Shown in pieces: positions 38,462-48,899 of a stretch of DNA of 64,000 bases. Source of the DNA: an uncultured Pelagibacteraceae bacterium (GTDB lineage Bacteria > Pseudomonadota > Alphaproteobacteria > Pelagibacterales > Pelagibacteraceae). A program made the position numbers and the translations under genes. The stretch spans positions 3,802 to 67,801 of the forward strand of contig CACAZG010000001.1 of the NCBI GenBank assembly GCA_902536975.1, given 5' to 3'. Every line of letters begins with the position of its first letter. The first letter of the stretch is position 1. The notes beneath the pieces were generated by a model. That model made no database searches, had not been told where the DNA came from, and was given only the letters and a program-made list of their open reading frames with translations.

Positions 38462-38462
38462 T

Positions 38463-39158
38463 TTGACACAAATTTTTTGTGATATTGCAGATATTAAACT
38501 AATCAAAAAATTTAATAAAAAAAAAATTGTTAAAGGTTTTACTACAAATCCAAGCTTGATTAGAAAAGCCGGTGCCAAGAATTATCAGGATTACTGTAAA
38601 AAAATTATTAAATTTACAAAGAAACCCATCTCTTTTGAGGTTTTTGCAGATAACAAAATTGAAATGATAAAACAAGGAATTAAAATTAGCAAATGGTCTA
38701 ATAGTAATGTTTATGTAAAGGTTCCAGTTTTAAATTCAAAAGGTTATTTTATGGGTAGTGTAATTAAATCTTTGAACAAAAAAAAAATAAAATTAAATAT
38801 AACGGCTGTATACAATTCTAAACAAGTAGAAAAAATACTTCAAAATATAAATAAAAAAACAAGTGTTATTATCTCTATATTTGCAGGTAGAATGGCTGAT
38901 GCTGGCAAAGACCCTTTGCCTGAGTTTAAAAAAAGTTTAAAATTAGCTAAATCTTTTAAAAATGTAAAAATTCTTTGGGCAAGCACTAGAGAGGCATACA
39001 ATTATATTCAGGCAAAAGAATTAAACTGCCATATAATTACTGTTCCACCAAAAATTATTGAACAAATCGAAAAGTTTGGCAAATCATACAAAAATCTAAC
39101 ATTGGATACAGTTAAAGGTTTTCTAAGAGATAGCAATAAATCTAAATTTAGTATTTAG
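38463..39158 (+). CDS. tal: Transaldolase-family protein
   Basis: FCD, GFTTNPSL, SFEV, YVKVP (Schiff-base Lys), NITA, SIFAGR, LWASTRE; TTG start. Confidence 0.88.
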   Translation: MTQIFCDIADIKLIKKFNKKKIVKGFTTNPSLIRKAGAKNYQDYCKKIIKFTKKPISFEVFADNKIEMIKQGIKISKWSNSNVYVKVPVLNSKGYFMGSVIKSLNKKKIKLNITAVYNSKQVEKILQNINKKTSVIISIFAGRMADAGKDPLPEFKKSLKLAKSFKNVKILWASTREAYNYIQAKELNCHIITVPPKIIEQIEKFGKSYKNLTLDTVKGFLRDSNKSKFSI

Positions 39159-40156
39159 TTCAATAAATTATTATTTGTAATTAATTTTAATACTTCATTA
39201 GAAAGTTTTTTATATCCATAGTCATCTATGAAATGAAAATCATCGCTGAAAACTCCTCTTTCTACATCAAAGATTTTTTGACTATTAAAATGAAAAGTAT
39301 TTTCAAAGTTTCTATAGTTTTTGTTTAATTTATCCTCTGTATAAATAAATAATTCTTTAACTACTTCATCCCTAAAATCATATATTGTAAAATTTTCTTC
39401 AATTTCTGATTTTATTTTCTTAAAGCCCATATAAGGTTGTAAAATGGATATATGTTTTGCTCCAAATGCTTTTGATACTAAAGATATATTTTTTTTTGCC
39501 TCAAGATAAATTCCCACGTTTCCATAATGATCTTCTTTATTAAATTTGACATACCTTCTAGAGAGCCTAATAATTCCATTATATAATTGTGAATTCTGCA
39601 AAACCCAGTATAAGCTTCCCATATAAGGTTCTGTTAAATACGCTTTATAAGTATGGTTTAAATAAAATGTTCCTTCTTCATTTTCCCCCCTTAAAGAGTG
39701 AAGAATGTCATTCGCCCCATCAAGCGAAACAACAATATCTGGATTAATACGTTTTCCCCAGATTGATAATACTATTAATTGTTGTCTTATATTATATGCT
39801 CCATGTGCTCCATTAAATACTTCAACTCTTAATTCGCTATTTTCCTCAATTACATTTTTTAACACTTCTGGTTTCCATCCTTGAGCAGTTGATCCTCCAA
39901 TTATAAGAATTCTTTTAAAATTTTCTGATTTATTCTCTATATCTTTAAATTTTTTTTCCCAATTGGTGCCAAACATTACAAATGGCTGATATTTAAGATT
40001 ATTGTTTCTTGATTGTAAGCCAACGGTTGACGAGCCTCTAAGAATAAAAATGCCAAATCTTGCAAATGACTCTAAAACAATTAATAAAATTAAAAATATA
40101 ATGAAATTGTAAAAAAAAAGTTTAGAAAATTTTTTCATTAACATTAAATAAGACAT
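39155..40156 (-). CDS. Membrane-anchored SGNH-fold protein
   Basis: N-terminal TM, IIGGSTAQG, GAY, DGAND, FSDDFHF. Confidence 0.78.
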   Translation of the reverse strand: MSYLMLMKKFSKLFFYNFIIFLILLIVLESFARFGIFILRGSSTVGLQSRNNNLKYQPFVMFGTNWEKKFKDIENKSENFKRILIIGGSTAQGWKPEVLKNVIEENSELRVEVFNGAHGAYNIRQQLIVLSIWGKRINPDIVVSLDGANDILHSLRGENEEGTFYLNHTYKAYLTEPYMGSLYWVLQNSQLYNGIIRLSRRYVKFNKEDHYGNVGIYLEAKKNISLVSKAFGAKHISILQPYMGFKKIKSEIEENFTIYDFRDEVVKELFIYTEDKLNKNYRNFENTFHFNSQKIFDVERGVFSDDFHFIDDYGYKKLSNEVLKLITNNNLLN

Positions 40157-40283
40157 TAAGCATCTGAAGTCTATAATTTTAAAAGTATGAAATTTTACAA
40201 ATAATAATTTGAATCATTAATTCATAGCCATTATATTTTAAGGAATTATTGATTAATTTTTAATTAATAAAATGTATAATTTT

Positions 40284-40360
40284 TGGTTGCGGGGGACGGA
40301 TTTGAACCGCCGACCTCAAGGTTATGAGCCTTGCGAGCTACCAGGCTGCTCCACCCCGCG
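40284..40360 (-). tRNA. Initiator tRNA-fMet(CAT)
   Basis: Reverse complement CGCGGGGTGGAGCAGCCTGGTAGCTCGCAAGGCTCATAACCTTGAGGTCGGCGGTTCAAATCCGTCCCCCGCAACCA; C1:A72 mismatch. Confidence 0.96.
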
Positions 40361-40364
40361 TTAT

Positions 40365-40559
40365 TTAAATTCTATTTTTAAGTTTATTTAGTTTTTTAAC
40401 TCTTTTAATATTTTCTTGAAGAATTCTTTTTTTTTTCTCTGACGGTTTTTCATAAGTATTCTTCAATTTAATTATTTTGAAGAAACCGTCTCTTTGAAGT
40501 TTTCTCTTCAAAACTCTTAAAGCTTGCTCAATATTGTTATCTTTAACTTCTATTTTAAT
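40365..40559 (-). CDS. rpsU: 30S ribosomal protein S21 (start uncertain; ATT at 40559 proposed)
   Basis: VKDNNIEQALRVLKRKLQRDG, YEKPSEKK; SD GGAGGT at 40569-40564. Confidence 0.92.
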   Translation of the reverse strand: MKIEVKDNNIEQALRVLKRKLQRDGFFKIIKLKNTYEKPSEKKKRILQENIKRVKKLNKLKNRI

Positions 40560-40624
40560 AACCACCTCCAAAAAGTGCAGTAGGTAACACTTTATAATTT
40601 ATTTGTCTATTATAATTCATAAAT

Positions 40625-41194
40625 TTATTTAGATATTTCTGATTTCATTTTTAATTGTTTCTCCCGTTTTATTCTTCTTTCTGCTTTTTCCAAGGCATCC
40701 ATCAGATCTTTTTGTGAAAAGAGTCCCATGGCTACAGGGTCTTTTGCATTTAAATTATTATAATTCCAGTAACTTTTGTTTCTAATTGCTGTAGTCGAAT
40801 TTTTAGTAATTCCAACCAATTTTGCAATCTGTGAGTCCTTCAATATAGAATGTTGTTTTATAAGCCACAATGCAGAGTCTGGCTTGTCTTGTCTCTTTGA
40901 TAATGGAATATATTTTTTTACTTTTTTTTCAAGACTTTCTAAATTCACATTGTTTATTTTTAGATTTAATGGTCTTGTATCATCATCAGATGAGAGATTT
41001 ATTTCCTCTCTTGTTAATTGACCAGCTATTATAGGGTTATAACCAACTATACCTTTTGCAACTTCACCATCAGCTATACCTTGAACTTCTACTTCGTGCA
41101 TTTTACAAAATTCTGCTATTTGTTTAAAAGTTAGTGAAGTATTTTCTACTAGCCACACTGCGGTAGCCATTGGCATTAATGGAGCATTACTCAT
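40625..41194 (-). CDS. DUF1013 family protein (alphaproteobacterial, TrcR-like)
   Basis: PLMPMATAVWLVENTSLTFKQIAEFC, EVQGIADGEV, YIPLSKRQDKPD. Confidence 0.88.
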   Translation of the reverse strand: MSNAPLMPMATAVWLVENTSLTFKQIAEFCKMHEVEVQGIADGEVAKGIVGYNPIIAGQLTREEINLSSDDDTRPLNLKINNVNLESLEKKVKKYIPLSKRQDKPDSALWLIKQHSILKDSQIAKLVGITKNSTTAIRNKSYWNYNNLNAKDPVAMGLFSQKDLMDALEKAERRIKREKQLKMKSEISK

Positions 41195-41421
41195 TATTTA
41201 TTTTCTGATCTGAAGTTCTGAAATTTTTTGTTAAATTTACTTACTCTTCCTTTATCAAGAATTTTTTGTTTACCACCTGTCCATGCGGAGTGTGATTTTG
41301 GATCAATCTCTAATTTTAAAATTTCACCTTCAGTTCCCCATGTTGATCTTGTTTCAAATTGGCTACCATCTGTCATTTCAACAGTTATTTTATGGTAGTT
41401 TGGATGTAAGTTTTTTTTCAT
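41194..41421 (-). CDS. rpmE: 50S ribosomal protein L31 (Zn-free)
   Basis: [37 protein letters not shown]. Confidence 0.95.
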   Translation of the reverse strand: MKKNLHPNYHKITVEMTDGSQFETRSTWGTEGEILKLEIDPKSHSAWTGGKQKILDKGRVSKFNKKFQNFRSENK

Positions 41422-41456
41422 AGGCGGTTTTATAGCAAAAAGCTAAATAAAAACAA

Positions 41457-42197
41457 TTAAAAGTTAGTCAAATTTTCCATCATTTTTGGGAAAATATTGC
41501 TACTTGAGGCTCTTAAATTAATTTTTGAAATTTTATTATCATCCATATTGTTTGTTTTACCACCTGCTTCGTTAATAATCAAAATTCCAGCAGCAATATC
41601 CCATAAATTTAAATTATTTTGAAAAAAACCATCTAACCTACCAGCTCCAACATAAGCCAAGTCTAAAGCCGCAGACCCTGAATATCTAACATTAAGTTCT
41701 GTAAGTTTTACTCCCTCAGCATTAGTTCCAAAGAGACATTCATCTATGTTATTTTTTTTTGAAACTCTTATCCTTTGATTATTAAAATAAGATCCATTAT
41801 TCTTTTCAGCGAAGAACATTTCATTTTTTATAGGATCAAATATTATGCCAGATATTATTTCATTATTAGATTTTAAAGCCACAGAAATAGCAAAATGAGG
41901 TATCCCATGTAAAAAATTTGTAGTTCCATCTATTGGGTCAATTATCCAAACATTATTATCATCTGAATTTTTAATAATTCCTGTTTCCTCTGTTATAAAT
42001 GAATATTTCTTTTTTGATTTTGATAATTCTTGAATTAATAATTCTTCAACTTTTTTATCAGTTTTGGTCACAAAGTCTTTTGGACCTTTTTTCGCAACTT
42101 GTAAATTTTCAATTTCTCCAAAATCTCTTATTATTATTTTAGAGACCTTTTCACATGCTTTAATCATCATATTTAAGTTTGGAGAAATAGAATTCAT
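41457..42197 (-). CDS. suhB: Inositol monophosphatase family protein SuhB
   Basis: DFVTKTD, WIIDPIDGTTNFLHG, GSAALDL, WDIAAG. Confidence 0.93.
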   Translation of the reverse strand: MNSISPNLNMMIKACEKVSKIIIRDFGEIENLQVAKKGPKDFVTKTDKKVEELLIQELSKSKKKYSFITEETGIIKNSDDNNVWIIDPIDGTTNFLHGIPHFAISVALKSNNEIISGIIFDPIKNEMFFAEKNNGSYFNNQRIRVSKKNNIDECLFGTNAEGVKLTELNVRYSGSAALDLAYVGAGRLDGFFQNNLNLWDIAAGILIINEAGGKTNNMDDNKISKINLRASSSNIFPKMMENLTNF

Positions 42198-42201
42198 TAT
42201 C

Positions 42202-42762
42202 TCAGACCTTTTTTACATATTCTATAGTTCTAGTATCAACTAAAATTTTATCACCAGATTCAACAAAGGGGGGCACTTGTATCTTTAATCCATTACTTAG
42301 TATTGCTGGTTTATATGAAGATGAAACTGTTTGGCCTTTGATTGCCGCATCGGTCGTTTCTATTTTACATTCTACTTGATTTGGAAGTTCCACAGATATT
42401 GGTTTATCATTGTAAAAACTCACATTGACCTCCAAATTTTCAGTCAAAAGTGCTCCTTTTTCGCCTACTAAAATTTTTTTTGTCTCAATTTGATCAAAGT
42501 TTTTTGGATCCATAAAATAATAATTTTCCTCATCCTCATAAAGAAATGTAAAAGCGATTTCCTCAACTGATGCTTTTTCAACTGTTTCATTAGATCTAAA
42601 TCTTTCATTTAATTTTGTATTTTTGATTACACTTTTCATTTCTACTTGTGCAAAAGCCCCACCTTTTCCTGGTTTTACATGTTGGGTCTTCAAAACTTGC
42701 CATAGATCATCTTTGTACTCTAGAAGCATTCCTACTCTTATTTCTCCAGCATTAATTTTCAT
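42202..42762 (-). CDS. efp: Elongation factor P
   Basis: HVKPGKGGAF, SSYKPA, VPPFV. Confidence 0.96.
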   Translation of the reverse strand: MKINAGEIRVGMLLEYKDDLWQVLKTQHVKPGKGGAFAQVEMKSVIKNTKLNERFRSNETVEKASVEEIAFTFLYEDEENYYFMDPKNFDQIETKKILVGEKGALLTENLEVNVSFYNDKPISVELPNQVECKIETTDAAIKGQTVSSSYKPAILSNGLKIQVPPFVESGDKILVDTRTIEYVKKV

Positions 42763-43376
42763 TTTAAATTTTGTATAGCCTTTTGGGGTTTATAATTTTT
42801 ATTATTCCAAATGTATCCTGAAATAGCTAAAAAATCCGCATTGTTCAATAATAGTTTTTTATAATTATCAGAATTGACCCCACCAATTGCAACTAATGGT
42901 AATTTACTTAATTTTTTAACCTGATTTAAAATTTTAATATTTGCTTTATATTTTACTTTCTTTGTAGATGTTGAATAAAAAGCACCAAAAGCTAAATAAT
43001 TAGCTTTCAATTTTATAGCATTTTTTGCAAGTTTAATTGAGTTATGACAAGTTATTCCTATTATTTTGTCGTTACCCAAAATTTTTCTGGCCTCAATAAG
43101 TTTCATGTCATTTTGACCTAAATGACAACCATCCGCATTTATTTTTTTTGCTAAGAAAGGATCATCATTTATAATAAACTTTACATTATAATAATTGCAT
43201 ATTTTTTTAATTCTTCTTCCTATTTGAATTTTTTTTTTTAAAGAATATTTCTTTAATCGCATTTGAAAAAAACTTACTCTATCGCTTTTAAAAACTACTT
43301 TGAGGTGATTATAAAAATTAGTTGAAATTTTATTTGGTGAAATAAGATAAATATATTTTCTTTTATTTATTTTCAA
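42759..43376 (-). CDS. thiE: Thiamine-phosphate synthase
   Basis: QMRLK, IINDD, ADGCHLGQND, GITCH, AIGG. Confidence 0.9.
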   Translation of the reverse strand: MKINKRKYIYLISPNKISTNFYNHLKVVFKSDRVSFFQMRLKKYSLKKKIQIGRRIKKICNYYNVKFIINDDPFLAKKINADGCHLGQNDMKLIEARKILGNDKIIGITCHNSIKLAKNAIKLKANYLAFGAFYSTSTKKVKYKANIKILNQVKKLSKLPLVAIGGVNSDNYKKLLLNNADFLAISGYIWNNKNYKPQKAIQNLK

Positions 43377-44373
43377 CTTCTTTTGACCAATTTCCTAGTG
43401 ATGCTAATGTACACATTTTAGCTCTATGATTGAAAATTTTTTGAGTTGCTTTGGTATCTTTATTGCTATCTGACCAAACTTTAAGAGCGCCTTGTTGTAG
43501 GGCTCTTCCGTATGAATAAGTCATTATAAAATTAGTATTGTTATTTTTATTAATCAAATTTAAATTCTCTGTAGCCTCTATTTCTGATTGTCCTCCAGAT
43601 AGAAAAGCAATTCCTGGTACTTCATTTGGAACCGAACTTTTAAGACATTGAATTGTTTTTTTGGAAACCTCGTCATTAGATATTTTATGATTCGACTGGT
43701 TGCCAGAAAGTATCATATTTGGTTTTAAAATTATTCCTGATAGATCAACTTTGTGTAATATTAATTCATCAAAACATTTTTTAATTACTTCTGATGTTAT
43801 GCTTAAACAATCTTCAGCAGAATGGTCACCATCCATTAAAACTTCTGGTTCAACTATGGGAACCATTTTGTTTTCTTGAGCTAGGGCAGAATATCTCGCA
43901 AGAGAATGAGCATTGCTATTAATTGCTTGTTTACTTGGGTATTTATTACTTATTGAGAAAACACCTCTCCATTTTGTAAATCTTGCGCCGAGCTTATAAT
44001 ATTTTTTTAATCTTTCTCTAAGTCCATCCAATCCCTCTGTAATTTTTTCTTCCAAAGAGTTCGCTAGATTTTTTGCACCAGTATCAACTTTAATTCCAGG
44101 TATTGCCCCATACGAATAAATTAGATCAGGTATTGATTTTCCAGAACTTGTTATTTGATTTATTGTTTCATCATAAAGGATAACACCACCAATACATTCC
44201 TTCATACTCTCAGACGAAAAAAGAGTTTCTCTAAATTCTAGTCTATTTTCTGGTGTAGAGTCCATTCCTACTGCTTCCAGTCTTTTTGTCATGGTTCCGT
44301 TGCTTTCATCTGCCGCGAGGATACCTTTACCGTCTGAAATTATTTTGAGTGCAATTTCATTTAGTTCAGTCAT
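43363..44373 (-). CDS. fba: Fructose-bisphosphate aldolase class I
   Basis: GKGILAADES, GIKVDTG, TEGLDGL, KWR, PIVEPEV, LKPNM, FLSGGQS, SYGRALQ. Confidence 0.96.
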   Translation of the reverse strand: MTELNEIALKIISDGKGILAADESNGTMTKRLEAVGMDSTPENRLEFRETLFSSESMKECIGGVILYDETINQITSSGKSIPDLIYSYGAIPGIKVDTGAKNLANSLEEKITEGLDGLRERLKKYYKLGARFTKWRGVFSISNKYPSKQAINSNAHSLARYSALAQENKMVPIVEPEVLMDGDHSAEDCLSITSEVIKKCFDELILHKVDLSGIILKPNMILSGNQSNHKISNDEVSKKTIQCLKSSVPNEVPGIAFLSGGQSEIEATENLNLINKNNNTNFIMTYSYGRALQQGALKVWSDSNKDTKATQKIFNHRAKMCTLASLGNWSKEVENK

Positions 44374-44374
44374 A

Positions 44375-45553
44375 TTAATTTAAAGCTTTTATACCAGGTA
44401 GCTTTCTACCTTCAAGATATTCCAAAAAAGCTCCACCTGCAGTTGAAACAAAATTAAAGTTATCTGCAATATTTAGTTTGTTTATTAATGAAACAGTATC
44501 TCCGCCTCCAACAACTGAAAAAATTTTGTTATATTTATTCTTTTCAACTATCTTATTGGCTATTTGGATACTCCCATTAGCAAAGTCTTGATTTTCAAAA
44601 TATCCAGCTGGTCCATTCCATAGTATAGTTTTACTCTCATCAATAACATTCATTATTTTTTTAATAGTTTTTGGACCAATATCTAAAATCATTTCATCAG
44701 AGTTAACTTGATTTAGCTCTCTATTGTAAGGAGTCCCTTTTAAAGTTTTAGATACAATCACATCTTCCGGAAGTATTATTTTACATTCTTTTTTTTTTGA
44801 CAATGATAAAATTTCTTTAATTATTTGTTTACAATCACTTTCTTTTATTGATCTTCCAATACTGTTTCCTTCAAATTCAATAAAATTATTAGCCATTCCT
44901 CCAACTATAATAAAATTATCAAATTTTGGCATTAGATTTCTTATTACATTTATTTTAGTTGAAATTTTGGATCCTCCAATTATGCAAGTGACAGGTTTTG
45001 TTATTTCTTTTGTAATTTTATTGAGAGCATGCATTTCTAAATCTAATTGTAATCCAGAGAAGGAAGGTAGAAATTTTGAAATCTGGCAAACCGAAGCATG
45101 CGATCTATGAGAACATGAAAAAGCGTCATTTACATAAATATCACCTAGACTAGCCAAGTGTTTTCCAAATTTGAGTTTGTTTTTTTCCTCCTCATCATAA
45201 AATCTAATATTTTCTAAAAGCAAAATTTCTTCATCAAAATAATTGAAGAAATTTTTATTTTTTATTTCATTAATATTTTTTTCAATTAGTTTCACTTTAA
45301 CATTTAATTTTTTATGCAAATCATCACCTATTGGTTTTAAAGACAATTCCTTCAAAATTTTCCCTTTCGGCCTACCCACATGAGATAAAATTATAATTTT
45401 ACTTTTTTGTTGAATCAAAAAATCTAAAGTTGGTAAAATTTTATCTATTCTTGTTGTGTCGCTTATCCTCCCATTTTCCAAAGGTACATTTAGGTCTAAT
45501 CTTAATAATACCTTCTTATTATTAAGTTTTTTTACGTTTTTAATACTTCTCAT
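44375..45553 (-). CDS. pgk: Phosphoglycerate kinase
   Basis: RLDLNVP, SHVGRP, LLENIRF, GGSKISTK, WNGP, GGGDT, STAGGAFLE. Confidence 0.96.
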   Translation of the reverse strand: MRSIKNVKKLNNKKVLLRLDLNVPLENGRISDTTRIDKILPTLDFLIQQKSKIIILSHVGRPKGKILKELSLKPIGDDLHKKLNVKVKLIEKNINEIKNKNFFNYFDEEILLLENIRFYDEEEKNKLKFGKHLASLGDIYVNDAFSCSHRSHASVCQISKFLPSFSGLQLDLEMHALNKITKEITKPVTCIIGGSKISTKINVIRNLMPKFDNFIIVGGMANNFIEFEGNSIGRSIKESDCKQIIKEILSLSKKKECKIILPEDVIVSKTLKGTPYNRELNQVNSDEMILDIGPKTIKKIMNVIDESKTILWNGPAGYFENQDFANGSIQIANKIVEKNKYNKIFSVVGGGDTVSLINKLNIADNFNFVSTAGGAFLEYLEGRKLPGIKALN

Positions 45554-46560
45554 TAAGAGATTTTATGCAAATTTTCAGCTATGTCGCACATTCTGTTAGA
45601 AAAACCCCATTCATTATCGTACCAAGCAGAAATTTTACCCATGTTATTTCCTACTACATTTGTTAGAGATGCGTCTACAATTGCAGATGCAGAATTGTGG
45701 TTAAAATCAACGGAAACTAGTTTTTCATTTGTAACTTCTAAAACTTTTCTCAATTCACTCTTAGACGCATTCTCAAATGCTTCATTAATTTTATTAATAT
45801 TAATTTTTTTTTTGGTAGTAAAAACAAATTCAACAAGTGATACATTGGGTGTTGGGACTCTCATCGCTATTCCTTCTAATTTCCCTTTGAGGCTAGGAAT
45901 TATCTCACCTATTGCTTTTGAAGCACCAGTTGAAGTAGGTACTATTGACTGACTAGCAGCTCTTGCCCTTCTTTGATCTTTATGCGAGTTATCTAAAATT
46001 CTTTGATCACTTGTAAAGGCATGAATTGTTGTCATAAATCCTTTCTCTATTTCAAAATTGTTATTTATTACACTAACAACAGGGGCCAAACAATTAGTTG
46101 TACATGAAGCGGCTGAAATAATTTTATCACCTTTAGATATAATATTTTCATTAACACCATACACAATTGTTTTGTCTGCATCTTTGCATGGAGCTGATAC
46201 AATTACTTTTTTTGCACCATTCTTAATATGTCCAAGTAATTTTTCTTTTGAATTAAATTTACCTGTACACTCAAAAACATAGTCTACATCGTATTTTTTC
46301 CAATCAATATTTTCTATTTTAGTTTCCCTAGAAAATGTAATTTTAGTTTTATTAATAATTAAATGATCTTCATCAAATTTTAAATTAGCGTCAAATTTTC
46401 CGTGAATAGAGTCGTACTTAATTAACTTGCAGGTTATTTCTGAATTTGATCGATTATTTATATGTTTAATTTTTAAATTTTTATTTTGACTTTCAATAAT
46501 TGATCTAATTACCATTCGGCCAATTCTACCCATCCCATTAATTCCAATTTTAATTGTCAT
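45553..46560 (-). CDS. gap: Glyceraldehyde-3-phosphate dehydrogenase
   Basis: INGMGRIGR, ECTG, ASCTTNC, RVPTPNVS, WYDNEWGF. Confidence 0.96.
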   Translation of the reverse strand: MTIKIGINGMGRIGRMVIRSIIESQNKNLKIKHINNRSNSEITCKLIKYDSIHGKFDANLKFDEDHLIINKTKITFSRETKIENIDWKKYDVDYVFECTGKFNSKEKLLGHIKNGAKKVIVSAPCKDADKTIVYGVNENIISKGDKIISAASCTTNCLAPVVSVINNNFEIEKGFMTTIHAFTSDQRILDNSHKDQRRARAASQSIVPTSTGASKAIGEIIPSLKGKLEGIAMRVPTPNVSLVEFVFTTKKKININKINEAFENASKSELRKVLEVTNEKLVSVDFNHNSASAIVDASLTNVVGNNMGKISAWYDNEWGFSNRMCDIAENLHKIS

Positions 46561-46565
46561 TTTTA

Positions 46566-48554
46566 TTATTTTACTAACTTTCTCGTTTTTTCCGCAATAT
46601 TTGAAGCCCTCAATCCAAAATATTTATAAATATCTTTGTATGGAGCACTTTTTCCAAATACATCAATTCCAAAAGTAATTCCAAAATCGCCAACATATTT
46701 TTTCCAATAGTCACTCGATCCAGCTTCTATAGATATCTTATACTTAGTTTCATTTAAAATTTTATTTCTGTAGTTATTTGATTGCAACTCAAAAAGTTCC
46801 ATGCATGGAACTGATATAACTTTAGAATATATCTTATATTTGGCTAATTTATGACTAGTCTCTAAAGCCAATTCAACTTCAGAACCGCTAGAAAAAATTG
46901 TTAATCTAACTTTTTTATTAGTTCTTAAAATTTCATATGCTCCAAGTGAGCATTTGTTAAATTTGGAGAATTTATTTCTAATAGGACTAAGATTTTGTCT
47001 AGTCAAAGATAGAATAGATGGAGTTTCTAAACTCTTAAGTGCATGCTCCCAACATTCAATTGTTTCCACTCTATCTGCAGGTCTAAAGACATTAAGATTA
47101 GGTATAGCTCTTAATCCAGATAATTGTTCTATTGGTTGGTGCGTTGGGCCATCCTCTCCAAGTCCTATTGAGTCATGCGTCATTACATATATAACTTGTT
47201 GTTTCATCATTGCCGCTAATCGTATTGATGGTTTGCAGTAATCGGAAAAAATTAAAAAAGTTCCTCCGTATGGTATTATATTGCTATGCAGAGCTAATCC
47301 ATTCATAATCCCACACATAGCATGTTCCCTTACACCATAATGTATGTAGTTTCCATCAAAGTTTCCCGGAGTTAATATTTTATGACTTTTAGTTTTAGTA
47401 TTATTTGATCCAGCAAGATCTGCCGAACCGCCAATAAGGTTGTAATTTTTTTTAACAACAGAATCAATTATTAACTCAGAAGATTTTCTTGAAGCTAAGT
47501 TTTTTCCCTCTTTTACTGCTATTCTTTTTTCATTTAATACAGATGTTGTAAAATTATTTTTGAAAAAAATATCTATTTTACTTTTTTTTCGTCTGTAAAT
47601 TTTATTCCATTTTTGTTCAATTTTTTCTCCTTTTTTTCCAATTTTCCTCCAAATTTTTAATATATTTTTTGGTATTTCAAATGGTTTAAAGCCCCATTCT
47701 AATTGTTTGCGTACTAATTGAGTCTCCTCTAAACCTAGTGGACTTCCATGTGAAGAAGCTTTTCCAGATTTATTGGGTGATCCATATCCAATTTTTGTTT
47801 TGCAAGAAATTATACTTGGTTTTTTAGCGTTTTGAACTTTTTTTAAAGCTTTAAAAATTTCATTTTCTTCATGACCATTAATTTCAATATAATTCCAACC
47901 ATAACTTTCGAATCTTTTTTTAAAATTATCTGAAACTGCTAAGCTTGTCGGTCCATCGATAGAAATAGAATTATTGTCAAATAACATTATTAAATTTTTA
48001 AGCTTCAAATGCCCTGCTAAGCTCATAGCTTCATGACTTATGCCTTCCATGAGACAACCATCTCCTGCAACTACATAAGTTTTATGATTTATAATATCTT
48101 TTCCAATTTTTTTTTTTAAAATTTCTTCTGCTATAGCAAAACCGACCGCGTTAGAAATTCCCTGACCCAAAGGACCAGTTGTTGTCTCAATACCTGAGTT
48201 TTGGACATACTCAGGATGACCCGCACAAATAGAGTCAATTTGTCTAAAATTCTTAATATCCTTTATCTTTATACTTTTATAACCAGTTAAATAGAGCAAA
48301 GAGTAAAGCAACATTGATCCATGGCCCGCAGATAATACGAATCTGTCTCTATTTATCCAACTAGGATTTTTTGGATTAAACTTTAAAAAATATTTAAAAA
48401 GTATTGTACAAACATCTGACATGCCCATAGGCATGCCTGGATGCCCAGAATTAGCTTTTTGTACCGCATCCATTGAAAGAGCGCGTATAGAGTTAGATAA
48501 GGTTTTATTTAATTTTTTCAAAAAATTTATCCTTTGTAGACTTAGGAGAATCAA
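46566..48554 (-). CDS. tkt: Transketolase (exact start uncertain)
   Basis: [57 protein letters not shown]. Confidence 0.96.
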   Translation of the reverse strand: MILLSLQRINFLKKLNKTLSNSIRALSMDAVQKANSGHPGMPMGMSDVCTILFKYFLKFNPKNPSWINRDRFVLSAGHGSMLLYSLLYLTGYKSIKIKDIKNFRQIDSICAGHPEYVQNSGIETTTGPLGQGISNAVGFAIAEEILKKKIGKDIINHKTYVVAGDGCLMEGISHEAMSLAGHLKLKNLIMLFDNNSISIDGPTSLAVSDNFKKRFESYGWNYIEINGHEENEIFKALKKVQNAKKPSIISCKTKIGYGSPNKSGKASSHGSPLGLEETQLVRKQLEWGFKPFEIPKNILKIWRKIGKKGEKIEQKWNKIYRRKKSKIDIFFKNNFTTSVLNEKRIAVKEGKNLASRKSSELIIDSVVKKNYNLIGGSADLAGSNNTKTKSHKILTPGNFDGNYIHYGVREHAMCGIMNGLALHSNIIPYGGTFLIFSDYCKPSIRLAAMMKQQVIYVMTHDSIGLGEDGPTHQPIEQLSGLRAIPNLNVFRPADRVETIECWEHALKSLETPSILSLTRQNLSPIRNKFSKFNKCSLGAYEILRTNKKVRLTIFSSGSEVELALETSHKLAKYKIYSKVISVPCMELFELQSNNYRNKILNETKYKISIEAGSSDYWKKYVGDFGITFGIDVFGKSAPYKDIYKYFGLRASNIAEKTRKLVK

Positions 48555-48575
48555 TTTATTATTATAGATATATAT

Positions 48576-48899
48576 ATGAAATCAATTAGTGAAAAAGAAA
48601 AAAAATTATTAGAAGCTTTAGATAAATTAAAAAATCTAGAAAAAATAAAACCAGATAAAATTTTAGAGTTAGAAAATCTAACAAACCAAAAAAATCAATT
48701 AGAAATTGAAAAAAAGGAAATTGAGTTAAGGTATGACCGGCTACAACAAGAAAACCTTATTTTAAAACAAAAATTTGATGATTTCAAAAAAAGTGACATT
48801 GAGGAAAAAAAAAAAGAAGACCAATTTTCAGAAAAAATTGATGAATTAAATCAAGAAACAGATAATTTAATTGAAGAAATTGATAAATGGCAAATGTAA
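48576..48899 (+). CDS. Coiled-coil protein upstream of zapA
   Basis: E/K/L-rich heptads; divergent from tkt, overlapping the zapA start. Confidence 0.7.
   Translation: MKSISEKEKKLLEALDKLKNLEKIKPDKILELENLTNQKNQLEIEKKEIELRYDRLQQENLILKQKFDDFKKSDIEEKKKEDQFSEKIDELNQETDNLIEEIDKWQM

Noticed and set aside
43363-44373. Eukaryote-like class I aldolase as horizontal transfer
   Set aside because: This type is common in alphaproteobacterial tkt-gap-pgk-fba operons.
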